64,000 bases of DNA from Planctomycetota bacterium (GTDB taxonomy: Bacteria > Planctomycetota > GCA-002687715 > DRQF01), in the NCBI GenBank assembly GCA_036479435.1, contig JAZGFI010000235.1:1-64000 (forward strand), read 5' to 3'. The translations under genes were made by a program, and so were the position numbers. Below, in pieces: positions 40,802-49,119 of the stretch (position 1 is its first letter; every line of letters starts with the position of its first letter). The notes beneath the pieces are model-generated. The model ran no database searches. It worked only from the letters and a program-made list of their open reading frames with translations, and was not told the DNA's origin.

Positions 40802-43800
40802 TCAGCTCTCCTGAGGGGCCGGCCCGGTCGCCGCTAGAGGACCCGAATCTTCGGACCCTGCATCTTGCAGACCATTTCGGGCGGTGAAAATCGCCTCCTT
40901 GAGCGCGAAAGTCGGATTGAAAGAGTCGCAGGTAATCAAGACATCATCAAGTTTGGACAACAAGAGTTGCCAGTCCTCGACGACCCCACGTTTCCACAGC
41001 TCGTGGTAGACCTTGACGACCGCGCTACGCACCTGCCAATTGCGGTGATAGTGGAGCTTTTCGAGGTCCAACAGAATCGATTCGTCCAAAGCCGTGGCGC
41101 CGTAGGCCAACACCGCGGCGACGGCGACCTCAAAGTTGCGTTCGCGGACGCGAACGCGAAGGCGGGCGTTGGCGCGTTCGCGAGCCGGTGGGGTTAGCAC
41201 CGTGGCGTAGGTGCGTAGAGCATGAGCGGCCGTGCTTCGAACTTCGTAATAGGGATCGTCCAATGCCGTCAGGAGAGCGTCTTCAACGTCCGGGTCGATG
41301 GCCTCAAGTGTTCTCAGGGCAACGACCGCATTGCGACGCACAAAGCCGGGCTGTTCGAAGTCCGCGCCCCAAATACGCGGCCACAATGGTGCCGGGCGTC
41401 GGTTCTTGACGATGTCGCAGAGTTCGTAGCGCAAGGCCTGTATTTTCAACATGCCTGCGAGTTTCACACCGACATTGCGAACACGCCAATCGCTGTTGCC
41501 GAGGAAACTCTTGACTCGGCGAGTGAGGTTGGCGCCCTTCACGGCGGCGGGCCGGTGTAGGGCTACCGAGAGCAAGTGAAAGGGCTTAAGGCAGTAGACG
41601 TTAAGCGGCATGGAACGGGCAGGCGCTCCTCGCCGCTGCCGCGGCAAAAACCTGCTGACGCGCGCCAAGACTTCATCCACCTCGGGAGACTTGGCGACGA
41701 AGGCGACACCCAAAAAGACGAGGGCACCTAATCCCGCCGGAATGCTGAACACGACCAAGCGTGACAGAACGGTCGGCAGCAAGTCGAAATCCCGAGTGAC
41801 TTCATAGGTGAACCACGCCACCGGGGCGGCAGCTAGGGTTCCCAGCATCGTCGCTTGCAAGGAGGGCAAAAGGTCTTTGGCTTGAAAGCCTCCGCCGTCG
41901 CGAGTGAGATTGCGATTGAGATGCCAAATGCGGAACAGGCCGTTCGCCAAGAATGAAATCGAAGTTCCCAGCGCAACGCCAACGAAGGACAGGTTTAATC
42001 CGAACGCAAAGTAGAGTGACAACACGATGTTGAGGGCGACGGCGCCGAGGTTGATCAACATCGCTTGGCCGACCTCAAGCCTCGCGGCGTAGAAGCGACC
42101 GGTAAGGCCCTGCAAACCCCACCCGATCAAACCAATCGAGTAGGCGCAGAGAGCCGCCGCGACTTTCTGCGTGTCGGAGACATCAAAGTTGCCGTACTCC
42201 AACACCAACTCGACTGTGGGAACCGACAACACCACCATCAATGCCGAGATCGGAATCAGCAAGAACACGTTCCAGTTGATCCCGCTAGTGACCAGGCGGC
42301 GGCAGTAATCCAGATCACGCGCGGCCTGCGACTCAGAAAACTCTTTGAGGGCGACCGTATTGATCGACTGCGACACCAAAGCAAAGGGAAGTTGAAACAA
42401 GACCAAAGCGAAGAAGAGGGTCGAAGGGTCTCCGACGGCGAGCGTTGAGACGATCATGATGTCGACGACGGAGCCGACTTTCGAAATCGTGACGTCGCCA
42501 AGGATCTTCGGCGCCGCGCCGCGCACCTTTTTGGCGCCCGTCTCTCCCCATGCGAACAGAGGGCGGAAGTCGACCTTGAAGCCCCGTCGAAACTCTTTGC
42601 CCAAGATCACGGGCAAATGGAGGGCGGCTTGCCCCAAGCCCCCGAGCAACACCCCAACTCCCAATCCCATGATTCCCAGCCGGGGATAGAGAAGGATGCC
42701 GACGATGACGCCGATGCTGTACATCAGCGACGCGTAAGCGGGAAGGCCGAAGCGATTGTGAGCCCGGCAGACCGCACTGAAAATCGCCGCCACCGTAACC
42801 AGGACGAGGTAGGGCAACATGAGCCGAGTCAGGGTGATGGCGTCGCCAATCAAACCCTTGGCGACAAAGCCAGGCAAGACCCAAGGCAGCCACCAGTGTA
42901 CCGTCAGCATCGCCAGGGCCGCCACGACGGCAGAGGCGCCGACTACCGTGGTGAAGACGGTTCGCAGCAAGCGCTGTGCTTCTTCGGGACGGCCATTGCG
43001 CCGCAACATCATGAAGCTCGGCAAGAACGCGCTGTCGATGGCGTTCTCGGCGAAGATGCGTCGAAAGAGGTTCGAGATTGTCAGGCTGGCGGCAAAGATA
43101 TCCATGACGCCGGTGGTGGCGAAAGTGAGACCCAGCACCAGGGTTCGAACCAAGCCAAAACAACGCGAAAGAAGGGTCCCTAGCCCGGTTGCGATAACTC
43201 GCGAAAGAACGCTTCCGCGTTGATGGGGAATTTCGAGAGTTCGAATCTTGGCATCGAAAGTCAGCCGATTGGGACCAATGCTCAAGACTTGACCGGGCGA
43301 CAGTTTGGTTTTGCTCTCAACTTTGATGCCGTCTACCGAGATCTGTCCACGCCGCGGAATCAGAAGATACTCGGTGTTCTCGCGACCCACTCCGACGCGG
43401 CGAATCAAGGCACGTTCGCGCTGGCCGCGGTCCTTCAAGACGATGTCGGAGCCACTTCCGTGTCCGAGGGTGCTGACGTTGAAGAGCAACTCGGTTTCGA
43501 TCCCAGTCGCATCGCGAATCAAGCCCACTAACTGCTGCTGACTCTTGCTAGTGGGCGCGGGGGGAGGAGACGCCAAGGCGAGAACGGCATCGGTGTTGGC
43601 GGCTAGGGCATTGGGCACGACGAGTTCCCGAAGCGCTTCCGACATCGATTCTCGACGCGCCGAGTCTTCGAGAAGCTCGCGGACTCGGCGCGCTAGTTGA
43701 TCGCCGTGAACTCGCGTGATCGCTGCCCGCCCTTCGTCGTAGCTTTCTTCGAGCATGACGTCGGCGCGACCTTGGTCTTTCAGCGTGATGGCGTTTGCAA

Positions 43801-44734
43801 GCTGATGGGCATCGGCCCCATCGCTCTTGGGGATGAGAAGGATGGGCTTGCCTAGCGTCGCAAGCTCCATGATCGCTCCCGCACCGGCGCGCGTCACGAT
43901 GAGGTCACTCGCCCCGTAGGCGGCTTCGATCTCGTCAAAAAATCGTCTCGGAAGATAGCGTTCCCGGCGCTGCGGACTCAGCGAAGTTTTCTCAAGGCGA
44001 AGTCGGGTGTCGTTCCAGGCGTCATAGGCGCCGCGTTCGGCCAATCCCGTGCTGTGAATGACGGTGATGTTCTCGTCTTCGAGAAGTCGATTCAGGCCGT
44101 CGATCGTGGCCCGGTTGATCGATCGTGATCCCATCGATCCGCCAACAAAAAAAGCAACACGGTGGTGATTCGGAATCCCGAGTCGCTCGCGGTGCTCTTG
44201 GCGGCTAGCGTTGCCAAATCGAGCGCGAACGGGATAGCCAGCGTGGATCGCCTTGCTTTCGGGAAAAAAGTCGAGCGATTCCCGAAAAGAAACTCCGATC
44301 TTGGTCGCGAAACGCGACAGCAATAGGTTCGCTTTGCCGGGGTGGACGTTTTGTTCGTGCAAATAAATGGGTCGGCGGAGAATCGCCGCCGCCAACACCG
44401 TTGGCACGGACACATAGCCGCCGCTGGCGACGACAACGTCGGGACGAAATCGCCACAGCGTCACGAGCGCACGCAATACTCCTAAGCAAAGGGCGAGGCT
44501 AAAACGCGCAAAGGCGTAAAGACGGCGGGGCGAAACGAAGGGGTGCGCGGACAGGGATAGAAAGGGAATCTCGGCCTTGCCGACCATCTCGTGTTCGGCG
44601 CCACGCGCCGTGCCGAGATAGAGAATCTCTGCCTCCGGTTCACGTTGCCGTAATTCGCGAATGATCGCGAGATTGGGCGTGACGTGTCCTCCGGTCCCTC
44701 CGCCGGTAAAAACAAAACGCTGATTGCGACTCAA
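40802..44734 (-). CDS. Fusion protein: MurG glycosyltransferase + FHA-like domain + MurJ/MviN flippase + HEAT-like repeats
   Basis: MurG motifs GGGTGGH, GGYVS.P, HEQN, GGSMG, RAGA, HQ..NA; FHA-like segment ~43255-43530; MurJ motifs SRCFGLVR, NLFRRIFAE...SAFLP, QLP; HEAT-like DWRVR, DPYYEVR, NWQVR; one uninterrupted frame. Confidence 0.88.
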   Translation of the reverse strand: MSRNQRFVFTGGGTGGHVTPNLAIIRELRQREPEAEILYLGTARGAEHEMVGKAEIPFLSLSAHPFVSPRRLYAFARFSLALCLGVLRALVTLWRFRPDVVVASGGYVSVPTVLAAAILRRPIYLHEQNVHPGKANLLLSRFATKIGVSFRESLDFFPESKAIHAGYPVRARFGNASRQEHRERLGIPNHHRVAFFVGGSMGSRSINRATIDGLNRLLEDENITVIHSTGLAERGAYDAWNDTRLRLEKTSLSPQRRERYLPRRFFDEIEAAYGASDLIVTRAGAGAIMELATLGKPILLIPKSDGADAHQLANAITLKDQGRADVMLEESYDEGRAAITRVHGDQLARRVRELLEDSARRESMSEALRELVVPNALAANTDAVLALASPPPAPTSKSQQQLVGLIRDATGIETELLFNVSTLGHGSGSDIVLKDRGQRERALIRRVGVGRENTEYLLIPRRGQISVDGIKVESKTKLSPGQVLSIGPNRLTFDAKIRTLEIPHQRGSVLSRVIATGLGTLLSRCFGLVRTLVLGLTFATTGVMDIFAASLTISNLFRRIFAENAIDSAFLPSFMMLRRNGRPEEAQRLLRTVFTTVVGASAVVAALAMLTVHWWLPWVLPGFVAKGLIGDAITLTRLMLPYLVLVTVAAIFSAVCRAHNRFGLPAYASLMYSIGVIVGILLYPRLGIMGLGVGVLLGGLGQAALHLPVILGKEFRRGFKVDFRPLFAWGETGAKKVRGAAPKILGDVTISKVGSVVDIMIVSTLAVGDPSTLFFALVLFQLPFALVSQSINTVALKEFSESQAARDLDYCRRLVTSGINWNVFLLIPISALMVVLSVPTVELVLEYGNFDVSDTQKVAAALCAYSIGLIGWGLQGLTGRFYAARLEVGQAMLINLGAVALNIVLSLYFAFGLNLSFVGVALGTSISFLANGLFRIWHLNRNLTRDGGGFQAKDLLPSLQATMLGTLAAAPVAWFTYEVTRDFDLLPTVLSRLVVFSIPAGLGALVFLGVAFVAKSPEVDEVLARVSRFLPRQRRGAPARSMPLNVYCLKPFHLLSVALHRPAAVKGANLTRRVKSFLGNSDWRVRNVGVKLAGMLKIQALRYELCDIVKNRRPAPLWPRIWGADFEQPGFVRRNAVVALRTLEAIDPDVEDALLTALDDPYYEVRSTAAHALRTYATVLTPPARERANARLRVRVRERNFEVAVAAVLAYGATALDESILLDLEKLHYHRNWQVRSAVVKVYHELWKRGVVEDWQLLLSKLDDVLITCDSFNPTFALKEAIFTARNGLQDAGSEDSGPLAATGPAPQES

Positions 44735-45006
44735 TTTGGACTCCCCATCGCCCGGCGGAATCTCAGTACGGAGACTCCCTGGCTATGCCGACGCGCAGCC
44801 CCCAGCCTACTGGTCGCCGCCGACGGCTCTTGGGCCTGAAGTTCGCGGCATGAGCCCTCAGGAAATGTCATTCCCAGGGTTGGAGAGGTGTTTGTGTTTG
44901 TTTGGGTTCGCCCCGTTCCTGGTGGATGGCAGGGGGCGAAACTTCGCAACCACCGCCGAGGTCGCGAAGGGCCAGAATAGCCGGGCTGGCGCCGAAAGTG
45001 AAGTGG

Positions 45007-46023
45007 CTACTCCGTCACTTTCGGGATGACCCCATCTTGGGCATCGAGCTCGGCGTTTAAGCGCCTTCGCTTGGACCAACGCATGATGACCAAAAAGAAA
45101 GTGATCACCGCGATAAAGGCCCCGAATCCAAACTCCATGAGCTTGCCCGGCGGAAACCCGAACCAACTTCGCTGACCCTCTAGCCATTCGGCCTCTAGGC
45201 CCGCGCGATCGACCCCGATCACGGCTTTTAGCGAGAAGTCGAGATCGAAACCGCGACTGAGCAGCTTCAGTAGATCGGGGATGTTGCGTCTTTTGCTGCC
45301 ACGCTCTGCGATGAAACGGACGAGGGACAAGGACTGGACGTAGGCCAGCTGGCTAGCCCCCTCTTCGTCGGGAAAATCCCGTTCGAGTTCGTGAAGCGGA
45401 ATCAGGGAATTTGCGGCGCGGGCCCTTTCCAAGACTTCGTTGCTCCCCCAAAACACTTTTTCACTCGTCCATTGTGCGAGCCCTTCGTTGAGCCAAGTCG
45501 GAATAATGCAGCGCGGGCGGACCCTCATGAGGTGTCCCAAAAAACAGTGCACGAGCTCGTGTTGGAAGATGGTTTCGAGAGTCTCGCGGTGATTCGCGGT
45601 CCAGGCGCGGCTCTTAAGGATAATGAGGTCCTGGAATCCGAAGGCCACCGCCGCGATGTGGTCCGGCTTGGGCCGACCTCCTTCGGCGATGATGTTGGCG
45701 TTGAAGGCCTCGTGATCCCGAAAAAGCCGGACCCGAAGGCGTTGCGGGTAAGAAAACCCTAGTCGTTCCTGGGTTTCTCGCAAGATCCGGGGGTAAAACT
45801 CGCGAATGCGGCGGGCGGCACCCTCCAGGCCGTCCGCCGCCTGAATGTCGAGTGCTTGGGGGTCCGAGGGAGCTTGTTTGAGAAAGGAACCCCGCGCTTC
45901 GGCCCCTTTTTGGCCTGCAGCTGCGGCAACTGGCGGGCCTTGCGGCGGCACGCTCGCCGAAATCGGGGACGAAAGCGCCCACAGCATCGCTAAGACCGAG
46001 ACCGGGACGAAGACGAGTCCCAT
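45007..46023 (-). CDS. Peptidase MA-like (gluzincin) metallopeptidase with C-terminal TM
   Basis: HELVH...PTWLNEGLAQW, LAYVQS; signal peptide; start uncertain. Confidence 0.8.
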   Translation of the reverse strand: MGLVFVPVSVLAMLWALSSPISASVPPQGPPVAAAAGQKGAEARGSFLKQAPSDPQALDIQAADGLEGAARRIREFYPRILRETQERLGFSYPQRLRVRLFRDHEAFNANIIAEGGRPKPDHIAAVAFGFQDLIILKSRAWTANHRETLETIFQHELVHCFLGHLMRVRPRCIIPTWLNEGLAQWTSEKVFWGSNEVLERARAANSLIPLHELERDFPDEEGASQLAYVQSLSLVRFIAERGSKRRNIPDLLKLLSRGFDLDFSLKAVIGVDRAGLEAEWLEGQRSWFGFPPGKLMEFGFGAFIAVITFFLVIMRWSKRRRLNAELDAQDGVIPKVTE

Positions 46024-46082
46024 CAGCGCCGGGCCAAGAGGGCTGTTAGCATGGCGGCCCCTACTCACCATCGAGAGTTTTT

Positions 46083-46967
46083 GTGTCCTCAACATTCGTA
46101 GCCAAGCTATCAGCCCTTGAGATGTCCGCGCTGGAAAACGCCATGCGCGGCGGCAGTTTTAGTTTCAAAGCCCTGGCCTATGCAGTCTTTAGCGCCAAGG
46201 GTGAAGGGGTTTCCTGTGCTCTTTATAACTCCGGAAAATGCGTGGTGCAGGGCAAAGGTACCGAGCAATTCGTCGCCCATTATCTTCCTAATCACGCGGT
46301 TGCCCTGGAGGCACCCCTAAGGCTGGAAGCCGAGTTCACCCAAACGGTGATCGGCAGCGACGAGTCGGGCAAAGGCGACTATTTTGGACCTCTGGTTACC
46401 GCAGCAGTGGCCTGTGGCCCCGAACACGCGGTACTGCTCGAGGACGTTTTGGTTACCGACAGCAAAAAGATGTCCGCCGGAGCTATTCGGCAGAGCGCCG
46501 CGGGTATTCGCGAGACTCTCGACTACGCGATCGTGGTCATCAATCCCGAGCGCTACAACCAGCTTTACGCCAAGATCGGCAACCTCAACAAGTTGCTCGC
46601 ATGGTGCCACGGCACGGCGATCGAAGAGGTGTTGGAAAAAAGAGACGTCGGCATGCTGGTCGTCGACAAGTTTTGCGACGAGCGAACGCTACTGGCCGGG
46701 TTTAAGCCCAAAGCCAAAACCAAACAATTGGTGCTGCGTCCCAAAGCGGAAAGTAATCCGGCGGTCGGTGCCGCTTCGATTCTCGCCTCGGACGCCTTTA
46801 CACGCGGACTCGAGAAACTTGGGCGCGACAACAATCTCAAGCTGCCGAAGGGCGCCGGCAGCCCCGTCGAAGCCGCGGCGAGGAGGCTGCTCCAATCTCA
46901 GGGTCGCGAAGTTCTGAGTCGGGTGGCAAAGATGCACTTTCGGACGACGGAAAAAATCGGCGGATGA
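46083..46967 (+). CDS. rnhC: Ribonuclease HIII
   Basis: TBP-like N-domain (YNSGKCVVQGK), IGSDESGKGDYFGPL, DSKK, YNQLY, VDKF, VGAASILA, LPKGA, KMHF. Confidence 0.92.
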   Translation: MSSTFVAKLSALEMSALENAMRGGSFSFKALAYAVFSAKGEGVSCALYNSGKCVVQGKGTEQFVAHYLPNHAVALEAPLRLEAEFTQTVIGSDESGKGDYFGPLVTAAVACGPEHAVLLEDVLVTDSKKMSAGAIRQSAAGIRETLDYAIVVINPERYNQLYAKIGNLNKLLAWCHGTAIEEVLEKRDVGMLVVDKFCDERTLLAGFKPKAKTKQLVLRPKAESNPAVGAASILASDAFTRGLEKLGRDNNLKLPKGAGSPVEAAARRLLQSQGREVLSRVAKMHFRTTEKIGG

Positions 46968-46980
46968 TCGAGGTCAAACC

Positions 46981-48978
46981 GTGATCGAAACGGTGGTCGC
47001 AACCCTAATCGCGTGGATTCTCGCAACTGCTGCTGCTGGAGGAGCGAGTGGGGAGCCCCTCCTTGACGGGTTTTGGGCTTGGGCTCTACCGGTGGCCTAT
47101 GTCGCCATCGTGCCCATCGTGCGCGGCCTGTACGCTCGAGTTTTCGTGAAGCGAATCGCTGCGATTCGCCGCGGGCAATCGGGGTTTTCCGGTGCGGTGA
47201 CCTTGCTTCAGGTCATCGGTTTCGCGGCACTGTGCAACAGCGGATGGGCGCAGTCATGGTTTGCGGGCCGACCTAATTTCGAGCTGGCCGCGCTCATGAT
47301 GCCCTGGTTCGCCGCGCACGCTCTATCTTTGTTCGCGCGGCGAGCGGTGGATCAAGCGCGCACGAATCGCGCCTGGTCTTTTGCCTCCTATTGGCATCTT
47401 CACTTGCGCCTGTTGCTGCTGCCGACGCTGCTCGTGCTGCTGTTGCTAGTCGTAGAGCGCGTGAGCGCTGGTGTCTTTTGGGGCGACGAAGTCATGGCCG
47501 CCTTCCCCATTTTGGCCGCCGCTATGGTCTTGGTGGCGATTGGGCTGTCTTTTGTCTTGGCGCCCTTCTTTTTGAGGATTGCCCTGCCCACGCGCACTTT
47601 GGCGAAGGGCGTTCTTCGGGACCGCCTCGAGGCACTGGCCGCCAATGAGGGGTTCAAGCTGCGCGACATTCGCGTGATTGAAACCGATCGCAACGTCGTG
47701 AACGCGGCGCTGGTCGGACTCATGGGCTGGGCGCGCTACGTTTTCTTCTCCGACGGCATTCTCGATCGTCTTGACGAGGACGACTTGGTGGGGGTGTTCG
47801 CGCACGAGATGGGCCACGCCCAGCGGCGGCACCTGCTCTTGAACTTCATCATGTTGGCGTCTTTTATCGCGCTCATGACGGTTATCAGCACCTTGTTGCT
47901 GCGATCCGTCGGAGTGTCGTCTTGGGTTGAGTACGGGTTGCCCATTGTTGCGATGCCCGCTTTCTTGATCCTGTTCTTTTTTCCGACCACGCGAGCCTTC
48001 GAAACCGAAGCTGACGTTTACGCGGGGGAGGTTTTGGGTGGAGCCAAGGGAATCCACCCGGCGCTGAGTTCCATCGCGCGGCTGTTCCCATCAAAAATGG
48101 CGAAAGGGGGCATCTTGCACCCCAGCCTTTCGCAACGTCTCGAGTTCCTCACCCGCTACTTCGAAAGCGAAGATGTTCGAAGCGAGTTTCGCGTTCGCGG
48201 CATCAAGTTACGAGCTCGTGTTCTCGCGCTGGCGGCGTGCGCGATTTTGGTTTGGGGTGCGGTTCTTCCCGGTGAGCTGAGTCGAGGCGGCCTGTTGCTG
48301 CGGGTCGAAAAGGCCTACCGCAACGACGACGAGGCTCTCGCGAAGGAGGCTTTGGTTGATCTCGACGCGGCGGTGGCCAAAGGCCGTGAACAAGACCCCA
48401 ATTTTCGCCTTCGCATGCCGCTGTGGCAGGTCATCAGCACGGAATACCAAGATCGTGGCGACTACGAGGGGGCCGAGTTTTGGCTCGACAAGATGCGGGC
48501 CGCGCGTGACTCCTTTGCGGTGGACGATGCCGCCAGCCACTACAGCGCGGCCATCATCTTGGCGCAACAGGCGGCGGCCAAAGGCCGCTGGCCCGCCTTT
48601 AGCCGCGAGCTTGACCGCGCCGCACACTGGCTCGAGAAGTTGGAGTTGCGCTACGAGACCGCCCCCAGGTCCCTTTTGAAGGAGAGAATTGACCTCGGCT
48701 TCCTGCGTCGCGGCGTCCAGCTCTTGGAACGGCGAAAGGTCTTGGTGATGACCGGCACGCATCCTCCGCTCCCCGCCTTGCCCCTTGGGCCTGAGTACGA
48801 TCTGATTTGCCGGTGGACCATCGCCCCGGACGCCGCCCCCCTAAGCGGCGAAGATGCTCTCGACAGCCCCGCCATGAAGGGATTGAAGGAGCGCTGGCGC
48901 CGGGATTTTCTGCTTCAGCTGGCGGCCATTTCTGCACCCCGCAAAACGCCCTCAAACCCGAGCCCTGACGGGCAATAA
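46981..48978 (+). CDS. M48 family membrane metalloprotease with helical C-terminal extension
   Basis: VNAAL, GVFAHEMGH, FETEADVYA, HPSLSQRL; multiple TMs. Confidence 0.85.
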   Translation: MIETVVATLIAWILATAAAGGASGEPLLDGFWAWALPVAYVAIVPIVRGLYARVFVKRIAAIRRGQSGFSGAVTLLQVIGFAALCNSGWAQSWFAGRPNFELAALMMPWFAAHALSLFARRAVDQARTNRAWSFASYWHLHLRLLLLPTLLVLLLLVVERVSAGVFWGDEVMAAFPILAAAMVLVAIGLSFVLAPFFLRIALPTRTLAKGVLRDRLEALAANEGFKLRDIRVIETDRNVVNAALVGLMGWARYVFFSDGILDRLDEDDLVGVFAHEMGHAQRRHLLLNFIMLASFIALMTVISTLLLRSVGVSSWVEYGLPIVAMPAFLILFFFPTTRAFETEADVYAGEVLGGAKGIHPALSSIARLFPSKMAKGGILHPSLSQRLEFLTRYFESEDVRSEFRVRGIKLRARVLALAACAILVWGAVLPGELSRGGLLLRVEKAYRNDDEALAKEALVDLDAAVAKGREQDPNFRLRMPLWQVISTEYQDRGDYEGAEFWLDKMRAARDSFAVDDAASHYSAAIILAQQAAAKGRWPAFSRELDRAAHWLEKLELRYETAPRSLLKERIDLGFLRRGVQLLERRKVLVMTGTHPPLPALPLGPEYDLICRWTIAPDAAPLSGEDALDSPAMKGLKERWRRDFLLQLAAISAPRKTPSNPSPDGQ

Positions 48979-49119
48979 GTGCTTGAAACTAAAGCACTTT
49001 TGGTTAAATTCCTCGGTTCGCGACCACGTCTAAATTCATCCTGATTCAAGGGGGTGAAACGCGGTCGTAAGCTCTTCCCGAACAAGGGTTAAGGACGGCC
49101 GCTTTCAGGCCGAAACGGC

